A stretch of DNA of 64,000 nt from a virus. Taxonomy: Duplodnaviria; Caudoviricetes. The DNA lies in IMG/VR virus record IMGVR_UViG_3300021387_000090, positions 90,700-154,699 of that record. The stretch is one strand, 5' to 3'. The notes beneath the pieces are model-generated. The model had not been told where the DNA came from and did not search any database. It was given only the letters and a program-made list of their open reading frames with translations. The stretch's first letter is position 1; each line of letters begins with the position of its first letter. Made by a program: the position numbers and the translations under genes. Of the stretch, positions 8,931 to 18,031 are shown piece by piece.

Positions 8931-9242
8931 TTACCTCAAATTCTCATTGTACACTATTTCATCATTGGTAATAATAGATCTTACCATCCAATCATAACCA
9001 CAAAAACCACGATTAGATTTTCTTAATTTATTCGCTTCTTTAGCATCAATAATTCTACAAGTAATACAAGCAGTCCATCCATCGTTCCATCCATAATAAA
9101 ATGATTTTCCATTTAATTCTTCACATCTTTTTTTACCAATCTGTCTATCTGTCTTAGTAATGATATGAATATCTTTTTCCCCAGACCATCTACCATTCCA
9201 ACTACCACAATTAGGCATTGATAATTCAAAACAAAGAATCAT
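8931..9242 (-). CDS. Conserved phage hypothetical protein
   Basis: F.LSMP..GSWNGRWSG and GFCGYDWMV.SI motifs typical of phage hypotheticals. Confidence 0.6.
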   Translation of the reverse strand: MILCFELSMPNCGSWNGRWSGEKDIHIITKTDRQIGKKRCEELNGKSFYYGWNDGWTACITCRIIDAKEANKLRKSNRGFCGYDWMVRSIITNDEIVYNENLR

Positions 9243-9786
9243 TTCTTCTCCTCATATGTCTCAATTGTTGTACCATAATAGTGCTTATCAGGATATGATC
9301 TTTCCACAATGATATGATAATCAGTAATATCATCTTTTACGAAACTATGAACCATTAAAAGATCATCACGGTCTAAGAAGAATATACAATGTTTTACAAT
9401 CCACCAAAGTATTTTACTCATCATCTATCTCCGTCATTTTTGCACCACAATAGGGGCATTCCTTTTCTAATGGCTTTGGATGTTCTACACCATAACATCT
9501 ACCATTACCACAATGAGTACATTCATAATATGGATCACCACCCGGAGTACATACACCACGGATTCGAATCCATTTCGCTTTCAAATCAGATTCAACAATA
9601 GGACAGGAATCAGGACAAGCAATATATAATCCAGAGTGCGCACTAATTAATTCCTTTGTTACTGCACATTGAATAGAGTCATCAAACGGATTCCATTTTG
9701 CTAAATAGCACATATCACACGAAGATGGTTTGTCTAATCCTCTTATAAAAACTGACATTATATAACTCCTTTCCTGTTGTAGTAAA

Positions 9787-9860
9787 TTGGGAATGTGAGA
9801 TTCGGACTCACGACACACGGCTTATAAGGCCGCCGCTCTAACCGACTGAGCTAATTCCCA
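9787..9860 (-). tRNA. tRNA-Ile(TAT)
   Basis: TGGGAAT/ATTCCCA acceptor, GCGGC-CT-TAT-AA-GCCGT; T loop TCCGAAT. Confidence 0.85.
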
Positions 9861-9861
9861 C

Positions 9862-9952
9862 TGGCGGGGCCTGAAGGATTTGAACCATCGCACGACTTTC
9901 ATCGCCTAGCTGATTTCAAGTCAGCCCTCTTCAACCACTTGAGTAAGACCCC
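9862..9952 (-). tRNA. tRNA-Ser(TGA)
   Basis: GCTGA-CT-TGA-AA-TCAGC, long variable arm, G73 and encoded CCA. Confidence 0.9.
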
Positions 9953-9956
9953 AGAA

Positions 9957-10029
9957 TTGCCAACCGTGGAATTGAACCACGACCTCTTCCGTTATAGCTG
10001 GAGTGTGCTATCCTTTACACCAATTGGCG
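9957..10029 (-). tRNA. Degenerate tRNA, anticodon undetermined (possibly decayed fMet)
   Basis: Good D and T arms, C1:A72 mismatch, distorted anticodon arm TCCAGCTATAACGGA. Confidence 0.5.
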
Positions 10030-10161
10030 TTTGCCTTCCATATCCTCACAACTGTTCGTGTGTTGATCAGACACAACCCTCGTACCTACACTCTTGCTAA
10101 AACCCGCCTTGTTGACTCTACTTTTTGAAAGGCACTATAATAAAGGATCCTTATTAACTAA

Positions 10162-10686
10162 TTAAGGCCATTCACCTAATGGCTTACCTACATTAGCCAC
10201 ATCAGTACAGAAATGCACTGGAATATTTTCAAATATTTCTTTTGCAATATCCTGATACAAAGTGGATCTCATTCCATTAATATCACCAAGATTGTCATTA
10301 TAATACTGAACCACCTGATTCCTAAATACAACAAAATCCATTTGCATTGCATAAGGATTATCTACCGAATGAAAATAAGATACAATAGGATTATTCTTAA
10401 AAGCTGCCTGAATAAGTTCAAATGGACTCATTTCATTTGTGGGATTAGCAGGAATAACAATAATCTTAATACAAACATTTCCGAAATATTTCTCAGAGGG
10501 GAGAAGCTGTGTTAATGCATCTGCTTTTTCACTACCAGTCACATACAACTTGATCTCATCTGTATTTTCATTAAAAACAATTTTAATATCAGGATCTTCC
10601 TTAAACAACTCTTCTAACTCGTTATAATACTCACACCAAGGTGGTGACAAATTCAATTCATTACTATTTCTAACTTCTTCGTCCAT
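10162..10686 (-). CDS. Conserved hypothetical protein
   Basis: 174 aa ORF with AGGAGA RBS. Confidence 0.7.
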   Translation of the reverse strand: MDEEVRNSNELNLSPPWCEYYNELEELFKEDPDIKIVFNENTDEIKLYVTGSEKADALTQLLPSEKYFGNVCIKIIVIPANPTNEMSPFELIQAAFKNNPIVSYFHSVDNPYAMQMDFVVFRNQVVQYYNDNLGDINGMRSTLYQDIAKEIFENIPVHFCTDVANVGKPLGEWP

Positions 10687-10790
10687 AGTTTTTAATCTCC
10701 TTACTTATTATTTAAACCATAACTCTATTTATCTTTGCGGTTATTTGTCGTTTGGTGGAAATCATTTTCTTTTTTTGAGTCATGATTTAG

Positions 10791-10863
10791 AGCCGCCAGA
10801 GGGACTTGAACCCCCAACCTGCTGATTACAAATCAGCTGCTCTACCAATTGAGCCATGACGGC
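10791..10863 (-). tRNA. tRNA-Thr(TGT)
   Basis: Canonical cloverleaf; GCTGA-TT-TGT-AA-TCAGC. Confidence 0.92.
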
Positions 10864-10918
10864 AAATGGATGGCCTGATTACCCATCCTGCAGCAGTTTG
10901 CTCCTGCTTGCCAAGTTA

Positions 10919-11014
10919 AAGCTGAGAATAATAAAACGAGTTTATATAATACAACACCCATCATCAAAAAAACTTACCTACTTGTTAGAAGTAACTCGTT
11001 TTCCGCTTCAGCTT
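10919..11014 (-). ncRNA. Y-RNA-like unit A (non-tRNA cargo loop)
   Basis: AAGCTGA-AGCGG-AAAACGAGTT-ACTTC ... AACTCGTTTT-ATTATTC-TCAGCTT; downstream of Ro60 gene. Confidence 0.75.
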
Positions 11015-11034
11015 ATCTGAAAGGACTTTTTATC

Positions 11035-11140
11035 AACCGAGAATATTTGAAGAGTTCATATGGGATTCGAACCCACTTAGTTAGATTTACAGTCTAGTGA
11101 TAAACCAAATATCGAAGTAACTCTTCAGGCCGCTTCGGTT
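11035..11140 (-). ncRNA. Y-RNA-like unit B (D, anticodon GTA/Tyr and T arm cargo)
   Basis: AACCGA-AGCGG-CC-TGAAGAGTT-ACTTC, GATA-TTTGGTT-TATC, CTAGA-CTGTAAA-TCTAA, GTGGG-TTCGAAT-CCCAT, AACTCTTCA-AATATTC-TCGGTT. Confidence 0.8.
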
Positions 11141-11158
11141 ATATTAATATTCATGTTA

Positions 11159-11272
11159 ATAGCCGAGAATAATGATAGGGTTTTATACCTTGGGATTCGA
11201 ACCCAAATAATCCAATTACCAATTAGAAGCATTACCATTATGCGAAGTAACCCTAACAACCGCTTCAGCTAT
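11159..11272 (-). ncRNA. Y-RNA-like unit C (D, anticodon GGT/Thr and T arm cargo)
   Basis: ATAGCTGA-AGCGG-TTGTTAGGGTT-ACTTC, GCAT-AATGGTA-ATGC, TCTAA-TTGGTAA-TTGGA, TTGGG-TTCGAAT-CCCAA, AACCCTATCA-TTATTC-TCGGCTAT. Confidence 0.8.
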
Positions 11273-11288
11273 ATAATTTATCATCATA

Positions 11289-11421
11289 ATAGACGAGAAT
11301 AAGATAACAGTTTTTTAGTATCTTTCAATTGGAATCGAACCAATAATAGTTTTCTTAAAAGGAAAATGACTTAACCGTTTGTCTATAAAAGAGAAGTAAC
11401 TGTTATAACCGCTTCGCCTAT
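11289..11421 (-). ncRNA. Y-RNA-like unit D (complete tRNA-Lys(TTT)-like cloverleaf cargo)
   Basis: ATAGGCGA-AGCGG-TT-ATAACAGTT-ACTTC, acceptor TCTTTTA/TGAAAGA, TTTTC-CTTTTAA-GAAAA, ATTGG-TTCGATT-CCAAT, AACTGTTAT-CTTATTC-TCGTCTAT. Confidence 0.8.
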
Positions 11422-11427
11422 ATTTTA

Positions 11428-13092
11428 TTACTGTTTATTTCGTTTTCTATTATCTTTTTCTTGATCTTTCTGATCCCATAACTTGATCATAGCATCAGCA
11501 AAAACAAGTTCTTTACCAGTCCAACCATACATAATGTTTGTTCTATATCCGTATTCAGGAACCAATACATTACTGTATCCCGCAGTTTGTACACAGAACA
11601 CATTTACTTTAGGATTAACTTTGTTTCTGTATTCCTGAATAAGTTTGGCTACATCAATGTAAGTTATTCCACAGCAAAAACCAGCTTCTCTATATTCACG
11701 CTCACCTTGAAGTGTTCCATAAAGCCCACCATGACCAGCTTGCATATCTGAATAGATAAAGATATTATCCCAATGTTCTTTCTTTTTGATGGCGTCTCTA
11801 AAGAAAATCCAAACACCATTTTCTGTACCGCCACCGACATCTCTACTCCGTCCACTGGTAATTTTTTCAGCCTGTGTTAATACACCATTCCGTTTGGAAA
11901 TGGGCGTAATAATTAACTCATCCCCAAACTTACCAACATACCCCTCGTCGCTATTCTTGGCAGTAATAACAGAACTTAGATTATCAATCTCCGCAACAGT
12001 CACGCTACCATACTCAGAATTAAAAGCGCCCCATGCAGATCCGCTATTATCAGAAAGACACATTGTCTTACCTTTTAGCTTCGGCATATTATCACAAGCA
12101 ATATCAATACATTCTTCCAAAGCATCAAGTACTATGGGCTTATGATATATGTCTGCCTTTTCAAGCATTTTATATGCAGACCAATAACGGAAAGGGAACT
12201 GCTTTCCATTGATTACACCTTTCTTCAGATAATCAAGGATTCTTTTACATAAATCAGCATCCAAAATCTCTGTAAAGATATTCCTTAAATTACGAAGGAG
12301 GCTCATGTGATTAAGAACTTTGGCATCCCAAATCTCTCTCCAAGTTTTTCCTGCGGATTTTAATCTTTCCCACGTTGACTCATTATCTTCTACTTTAATT
12401 GTACCAGTGGTCATTAATTCATCAATCACTGAATTATTTGCATGACAAATTCTTACGGTATCAATCATGCCCACGTTTGCGTTTTTATATTTCGCCAGTT
12501 CATATCTGGTTCCATTCTTCAAACGCTTTGCCCAAGATCTTTTTAAAATAGAAGGAATATGATTCTTCTTTCCGTTTCTATACAGCCAATAAGTAAGCTG
12601 AGAACTAGGTTCGTCTGCTCTACTCATTACCTGATAATTAATTTCAGAGAAAAGACCGGGATGTTCTTCGTCAAACTGTACTCTCTTTGGATGCATTGCA
12701 GCACGAACCATAATCACTTGCGGATTCAACCGCATATAATAATCTTTTCGTAATTCCAAAGCCCAACGAATGGTAGCTTCAAAATCTGCATCCAGAGCGT
12801 CATCAATAACTGTTTCCATTACTTCAGAAGTCTTTTTACCATTCCACTGATCACCAATTACAGCATAATCAGCAAAGGTTCTATTCAATGTAAAAATACC
12901 ATCAAGGACTCCTTTTTGGGCAAATTCACCAGTTCTATAATACTGAGGTTCGCCCATGATCGAGGATGCTGTAACCATTTTCATTGTTTCCACGGGAGAA
13001 AGTCCATAAGATATACCCCCCATATAATTGGTTTGGGCCTTTTTTGTTTCTGTAGTTCTCTTTTCTGTTACCGCTCTAGCCATTCTACTCAT
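11428..13092 (-). CDS. rsr: Ro60/Rsr-like TROVE-domain RNA-binding protein with C-terminal vWA domain
   Basis: 554 aa; TROVE hallmarks SLLRNLRNI and QFPFRYWSAY; MIDAS-like DNSGS and IYSDMQ; flanked by Y-RNA-like repeats. Confidence 0.9.
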   Translation of the reverse strand: MSRMARAVTEKRTTETKKAQTNYMGGISYGLSPVETMKMVTASSIMGEPQYYRTGEFAQKGVLDGIFTLNRTFADYAVIGDQWNGKKTSEVMETVIDDALDADFEATIRWALELRKDYYMRLNPQVIMVRAAMHPKRVQFDEEHPGLFSEINYQVMSRADEPSSQLTYWLYRNGKKNHIPSILKRSWAKRLKNGTRYELAKYKNANVGMIDTVRICHANNSVIDELMTTGTIKVEDNESTWERLKSAGKTWREIWDAKVLNHMSLLRNLRNIFTEILDADLCKRILDYLKKGVINGKQFPFRYWSAYKMLEKADIYHKPIVLDALEECIDIACDNMPKLKGKTMCLSDNSGSAWGAFNSEYGSVTVAEIDNLSSVITAKNSDEGYVGKFGDELIITPISKRNGVLTQAEKITSGRSRDVGGGTENGVWIFFRDAIKKKEHWDNIFIYSDMQAGHGGLYGTLQGEREYREAGFCCGITYIDVAKLIQEYRNKVNPKVNVFCVQTAGYSNVLVPEYGYRTNIMYGWTGKELVFADAMIKLWDQKDQEKDNRKRNKQ

Positions 13093-13109
13093 ATTATTTT
13101 CTCCTTTTA

Positions 13110-13204
13110 AATTCGTGAATATTTAAGAGTGCTTAAAAATATATGTAGGGAAGATTTCAAGTCTTTTCTTTATAATTGAAGTAACACTCTTACCGCTACG
13201 AATT
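13110..13204 (-). ncRNA. Y-RNA-like unit E (Ser TGA anticodon-hairpin-like cargo)
   Basis: AATTCGT-AGCGG-TAAGAGTGTT-ACTTC ... AAGA-CTTGAAA-TCTT ... AGCACTCTTA-AATATTC-ACGAATT; ends just before the Ro60 RBS. Confidence 0.75.
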
Positions 13205-13225
13205 GAGACATATGTTCGCCTCACA

Positions 13226-13297
13226 CTGGGCTAACTGGATTCGAACCAGCGAATGCAGGAGTCAAAGTCCTGTGCCTTACCGCTTGGCGATAGCCCA
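13226..13297 (-). tRNA. tRNA-Gln(TTG)
   Basis: Canonical cloverleaf; CAGGA-CT-TTG-AC-TCCTG. Confidence 0.92.
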
Positions 13298-13348
13298 TCG
13301 TTCTATGTATATTCTAATCTTAAACCCTTAACTCTTACTACATCATGG

Positions 13349-13378
13349 ATTATATCATATTACCCAAGCCTTTGTCAA
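13349..13378 (-). promoter_or_regulatory. SigmaA-type promoter for the tRNA-Gln / Y-RNA / Ro60 operon
   Basis: TTGACA-18nt-TATAAT with extended TG. Confidence 0.75.
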
Positions 13379-13437
13379 TAGCTTTTTTCTCACTAAATGT
13401 ATTTTCTATTCTTTAGCCCCGGCTTTAAACCGGGTAC

Positions 13438-14322
13438 TTAAATCAAATAACTTCTATACTGTCGTAAAAAATCCCATCTAAAGCGGCTTATATTATATTG
13501 ATTTTTTACTTTATCATACAATTCCTGTGTAGCAATTACTGTATATGGCTGTATATTATTTTGCTTTGCCAAACAATTAATATAATGAACTATACCAGCG
13601 GTTACAATATCTGTTACAGAACAATTATATTCCATTTCTTTTAATGCTTTAACCACCTGCGCATAGATCTTTTTGTATCTTATAATAGGATCAGTTGAAG
13701 AATCCTTCTGATAAAAATCTTTTAAGATCCGACCATTATCAATAAGATCTCTCGTAGAATGGCCCCAGGGTACAGAGTCTTCTTCTTTTGCTTGATGGAT
13801 CACTTTCAATAATTCATCAGAAATTGTAACTGTCCTGTCAATCAATTTCAATTCATGTCCATTAATATCCTCTTCTTTTGCATCAAGAAGATCCCGAAAA
13901 TTATTTTTGCCGCCAACTTCAAATAGCATCAGCATAACATATTTCATTCTTGCTGTTCGAAGTTCTTTAAGATGCAACAGAAAATCTTCACGAGTAATAA
14001 GCTGATCTTTGATTCCTTTTTCAGTAAGAATATTTTCAATTTCTGTACTGTTTATTCTGCGGGCTTCATTTACTTTACAGTATCCTTTCTGGATGCACCA
14101 ATCTATATAAATTGTAATTATGTTTTTGTACTTTTCTATGGTATAAAAGCGTTTACTTTCTGTAGTCTGAAGAAGAAATAATATTTCTTCTTTTGAAAAA
14201 TCACATACGTCTTTTTCAAACAATTCCTCAATTTCAGAAATAGAACGGAACAAAGAATCAGTTAAGTCATTACGGTTTATATCCGAATTTATAAAATCAT
14301 TTTTTCTATCTTCGTTATACAC
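13438..14322 (-). CDS. SPbeta YopR/MrpR-like repressor (tyrosine-recombinase fold, catalytic residues not evident)
   Basis: MYNEDRK..F start, E..FEKDVCDFSKEEI and YIDWC motifs; adjacent to a YopQ-like gene. Confidence 0.65.
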   Translation of the reverse strand: MYNEDRKNDFINSDINRNDLTDSLFRSISEIEELFEKDVCDFSKEEILFLLQTTESKRFYTIEKYKNIITIYIDWCIQKGYCKVNEARRINSTEIENILTEKGIKDQLITREDFLLHLKELRTARMKYVMLMLFEVGGKNNFRDLLDAKEEDINGHELKLIDRTVTISDELLKVIHQAKEEDSVPWGHSTRDLIDNGRILKDFYQKDSSTDPIIRYKKIYAQVVKALKEMEYNCSVTDIVTAGIVHYINCLAKQNNIQPYTVIATQELYDKVKNQYNISRFRWDFLRQYRSYLI

Positions 14323-15112
14323 CGTTTACCTTCTTTCTTAATTCTATCTTATTATATTCTATTTGCTGTTTAATAAAATCAGTTTCTTCTTGATCGTTAT
14401 ACTTTGTTAGCCTAATAGGGAAAGACATGTCTTTAATTTTATTTTTCAGAGCATCTGACATTTCCTGAATAGCAAGTATCAACTCAAGACCATCAATTAC
14501 AAATAGTTTATCTTTTAATTCTTTTATAACAAATTGGTTTTCTGACTCATAGTATTCAAATTTTATCAATTCAGAAAAAATATTTGCAGTAATTATAGGC
14601 GCTTTAAAACTATCATCGCCAATACTCTTTATAATTAAACGAATCGACTCTCTTAAGTAATGATAATAATAATCATTACCATCTTTCTTCCCTATTAATT
14701 GTGTCATCTTATTGATATTATTTGAAAGGCAATCATGTTCAACCAATGTCAGAAGTGTACTGTAATCAACTTTCCCTATCCATTCTTTCTCAGATACCTG
14801 CACACAATTTATTTTTACAGGTAAGTAATCCATAGATACTTCATAGCAAATATTTTGCTTTGCATTAATTTCTTCTTCAGAAAATAAATTTGTTACCCAA
14901 TGTGTGCCGCAAGCAAAATCCGTTCCATTAGCCAACATAAAAATCTCATCTTCAGTAGCTTTAAAGAACTCTCTTGTTGCTAAACGTATGGATTCTTTTA
15001 AAGGTAAGTTGTAATTTTTGACACAATAAAAGCCTATCTTCCTTTGAGCCGACATATCCATCTTAATACTATCCAAGTATTTTGCATATTCGCTCAGACA
15101 TTCGGTAAACAT
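14315..15112 (-). CDS. YopQ-like / DndB-ParB-like protein (degenerate)
   Basis: IITANI ... VIDG motif and position next to the MrpR-like gene. Confidence 0.45.
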   Translation of the reverse strand: MFTECLSEYAKYLDSIKMDMSAQRKIGFYCVKNYNLPLKESIRLATREFFKATEDEIFMLANGTDFACGTHWVTNLFSEEEINAKQNICYEVSMDYLPVKINCVQVSEKEWIGKVDYSTLLTLVEHDCLSNNINKMTQLIGKKDGNDYYYHYLRESIRLIIKSIGDDSFKAPIITANIFSELIKFEYYESENQFVIKELKDKLFVIDGLELILAIQEMSDALKNKIKDMSFPIRLTKYNDQEETDFIKQQIEYNKIELRKKVNGV

Positions 15113-15136
15113 AAAGCCCTCCTTTCAGTCTACTTT

Positions 15137-15165
15137 ATATTATCATACTTCCGTTTTTTTGTCAA
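15137..15165 (-). promoter_or_regulatory. SigmaA-type promoter upstream of the YopQ/YopR-like pair
   Basis: TTGACA-17nt-TAATAT with extended TG. Confidence 0.6.
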
Positions 15166-15249
15166 GCGATCTACATAGTATTTTCTATTCTATTTTATCT
15201 TAAAGAGGTGATGAAATTGTTTCAACCTCATCACCTCTTTTATTATTAC

Positions 15250-16284
15250 TTAAAAAACAAAATCAGCTTTTTCTTCTCTTTCAACGGAATCCGTCAAATA
15301 TTTTGTCAGATCCTGAATCATGGCATCATATCTGTTCTGCACGGCCTCCTTTCTTGCAGAACCAGATCCAACATAAGTTACATACTGTTCTACAAGATCA
15401 TATCGCCCATCACAGAAGAAATCCTGAATCCATTTAATCAGTGTCTCTTTCTCTACAAAACCATCTTTCAGCACCTTATTAATTACAGGAACAAGACTAA
15501 GAAGATGAATTCTGGTCACAATCCGTTTCTGTACCTTCTTCTTAAAGCAACCCACATAAGCTTCATAAATAATATCATAAATCTTATTCAACTGATCTAC
15601 ATCATCCTGAGACAGTTCAGCGTCATTCATAACTTCACGGACTGTCTTAGTACTAAGATCCGTTTCCTCATTATTAATAAGTACATAAGACTTCATTACA
15701 ATCTCTTCATTTGCATACTTAGCCATGGCTGCCTGAGTAAAAGTAGAAGTAAACAACTGATGCTGACCGATTTCTTTTACCTTGTCAAAAGATTTTGCTT
15801 TAACTCTCGTCAACTCAATTCCAGACAACGGCTTACCATTATTTAGTCTAAAAAACAGTTCGTTTACTTCTTCATCAGTAAGGCCAGAGAAAGACCATAC
15901 CTTTACCTGATACTGATCAATGAGATCTTTTACCTCTTCAGGCAATTCAGAATATCTAAAACCTTCAAGTCCCATTTCTTCTGTCCCATGGTCTGTATCA
16001 AAAGTGATATCTGGAACTTTAGTCAAAGCAAACTCATCATTTCTAAACGCTGCGATAGTAGTTAATCTCTGTTTTCCATCAAGAACATCATAAATACCAT
16101 CTTCTCTTGTGGTAATAATCGGAGGCATAGGGAATCCGTACAGCATCGAATGAATCAGCAAAGATTTCTGTTCCCGATTCCAAGCAAGTCCTCTCTGTAC
16201 TTCATTCTCTACAGTGATTTTATTATTCTTAAGCATAGTCATAATCTGTTTCGCGGTCCAGCTTTTAGAATCAAGATCAAACAT
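15250..16284 (-). CDS. DUF262 (GmrSD N-terminal, ParB/Srx-like) domain protein
   Basis: VQRGLAW, SLLIHSML.G.P.P, DGKQRLTT and FFRLNNGKPL motifs. Confidence 0.85.
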   Translation of the reverse strand: MFDLDSKSWTAKQIMTMLKNNKITVENEVQRGLAWNREQKSLLIHSMLYGFPMPPIITTREDGIYDVLDGKQRLTTIAAFRNDEFALTKVPDITFDTDHGTEEMGLEGFRYSELPEEVKDLIDQYQVKVWSFSGLTDEEVNELFFRLNNGKPLSGIELTRVKAKSFDKVKEIGQHQLFTSTFTQAAMAKYANEEIVMKSYVLINNEETDLSTKTVREVMNDAELSQDDVDQLNKIYDIIYEAYVGCFKKKVQKRIVTRIHLLSLVPVINKVLKDGFVEKETLIKWIQDFFCDGRYDLVEQYVTYVGSGSARKEAVQNRYDAMIQDLTKYLTDSVEREEKADFVF

Positions 16285-17291
16285 TATATATTCTCCTTTA
16301 GTATTGTATTATTAGTTGTTTTGAGGAACCCATAGCCAGTTAACTTCGGCTATATATCCTGTTTTACCTTTGCGTTCGCCAGTTAGATATATGAAACGAC
16401 AATCGTATCCTTTGTATCCTATTTCTATAATTTCTACTTTGTTTCCCGATCTAGTGTAAGCAATATCACCTACATGATACTCTTCAGGAATTTTCTGTGT
16501 CAAACCCTTTTTACACATATCTAATCTCCAATTACATTCTGTTTACATCCATCAAAATACTAATCATTTCATTTGTCCTCCTTCCACAGTACGCTTTCAT
16601 CAAATTGTTCTCCACATTCATCACAATAGAACAACCATTCTCCAGTATGTTCATATTTAACAGATCGAAGTTTGTGACCAATTGTACCATTGTCACGAAG
16701 ATAAAACACTGTTCCATAATTCCCAATAGCTTCAGCCACAATCCTACCACCACATTTTGGACACCTATTTTTAACTTTCATTTTGCTTCTCCGTTACAGT
16801 CTCATACATAATCTCATTAATATCTTGAGTTAATCAATCAATAGCCAAATGGATGCTCAACATCCCACTCTGCAGCGGCTTTATTTTGCTCTTCCAAAAG
16901 CTTGTTCCAAATTTCCATATATTCAGTTGGCGTAAGATCATCTGGCATATCTTCCCAGCTTGAACCCGGATCCGTTTTCGCATAATGCCTGAACATTTTC
17001 AGATCATCTTCCGCTGTCTTAATATCCATTGGTTCAACCGTTCTAGCTTCCAAAAACAAATTATTTACAAAATCGAATTTATTCATTGTTTTACTCCCCT
17101 TTCTGATTTTTTCCACTTCTTTATAAAAATCTTCCCATGAGTTAAATTGCATATTATTTACGCCATACTTTTTTATTATTTTTTTTACATCATCCCAAGA
17201 TGAAATTGATTTTGGCATAGATATCGCTTCAGGCGTTTTACCAATTCCTCCCGGGCCATAATAAAAATAATTACCACTCATTATTATCACC

Positions 17292-17708
17292 TCACGGTTT
17301 AATCAAATGTTTATCAATAACAAACTCTCGAATCTTACACCATTCCTTTAATGGGATACCTCCACAATCATACTTCTCTTCTAAGTTGTAATAACACTGA
17401 CGGAAATAACGGTCATCGTGCCATTCAGGGAAAATATCTTTTATATCCCATTCAAGGTTTCTATTAATTCTCCACTGTGTAAATTTATTCCAATCACATT
17501 CATATCCTCTATTTTTTATTTCTTTATAAACGTGCCATGCGAAGACATTGAACTGTGCCTCTGGGTAATCAAGAACTTTATTTACAAGGATATGATTAGG
17601 AGAACTCTTGATTGCAATTGCCTTTGCTATAGCGCAACACTCTTTCCATTGAGAAATCAACTGTTTCCTAGGAAGAATTGGAATTAAATCTTTATGCCAT
17701 AATCTCAT
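17292..17708 (-). CDS. Pyrimidine dimer DNA glycosylase / endonuclease V-like protein
   Basis: MRLWHKDLIPILPRKQLISQWKECCAI N-terminus typical of the Pyr_excise-like family. Confidence 0.75.
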   Translation of the reverse strand: MRLWHKDLIPILPRKQLISQWKECCAIAKAIAIKSSPNHILVNKVLDYPEAQFNVFAWHVYKEIKNRGYECDWNKFTQWRINRNLEWDIKDIFPEWHDDRYFRQCYYNLEEKYDCGGIPLKEWCKIREFVIDKHLIKP

Positions 17709-17723
17709 TTTTCTTTCCTTCTT

Positions 17724-17921
17724 TCAAATGTTTAATTCAGAAGTCATAAACTCAATAGCTTCTTTCCTTGCATCATTTCTTTGAGTAATATAAATACTTG
17801 TGGTAGAAATACTTGCGTGGCCCACTGCTTTCCGTGTTGCTTCAATATCGCCACTACTAGCTTCATAATACAATGAAGTAAAAGCAGCTCTTAATTTATG
17901 AGGACTGATTTCATAACCAAG
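17724..17921 (-). pseudogene. C-terminal remnant of a second tyrosine recombinase
   Basis: Translates as LGYEISPHKLRAAFTSLYYEASSGDIEATRKAVGHASISTTSIY...; no intact N-terminus; upstream ATG frame stops early. Confidence 0.75.
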
Positions 17922-18031
17922 CTAAGCATAAACTGTCAACACTCAAACAAATGAATACCAATCACAATAAAGCTTAAGACAATTTCGATATTAGACTTCA
18001 TATATAATTACTCCTTTTTTTAAAAATACGT

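Noticed and set aside
10031-10134. Possible ncRNA closed by GCCTTTCA/TGGAAGGC
   Set aside because: Only a short closing helix is visible, with no convincing internal structure or shared motif.
11035-11272. Units B and C as ordinary tRNA-Tyr and tRNA-Thr genes
   Set aside because: There is no canonical acceptor stem or discriminator geometry; the arms are embedded in the shared handle.
10919-11421. Repeat-spacer-like array as a CRISPR array
   Set aside because: The repeats are not identical; they are covarying helices enclosing tRNA-like cargo, and no cas genes are present.
10162-13400. RtcB/RtcA RNA repair genes often found with rsr
   Set aside because: No ORF in the window shows recognisable RtcB or RtcA motifs; they could lie elsewhere in the genome.
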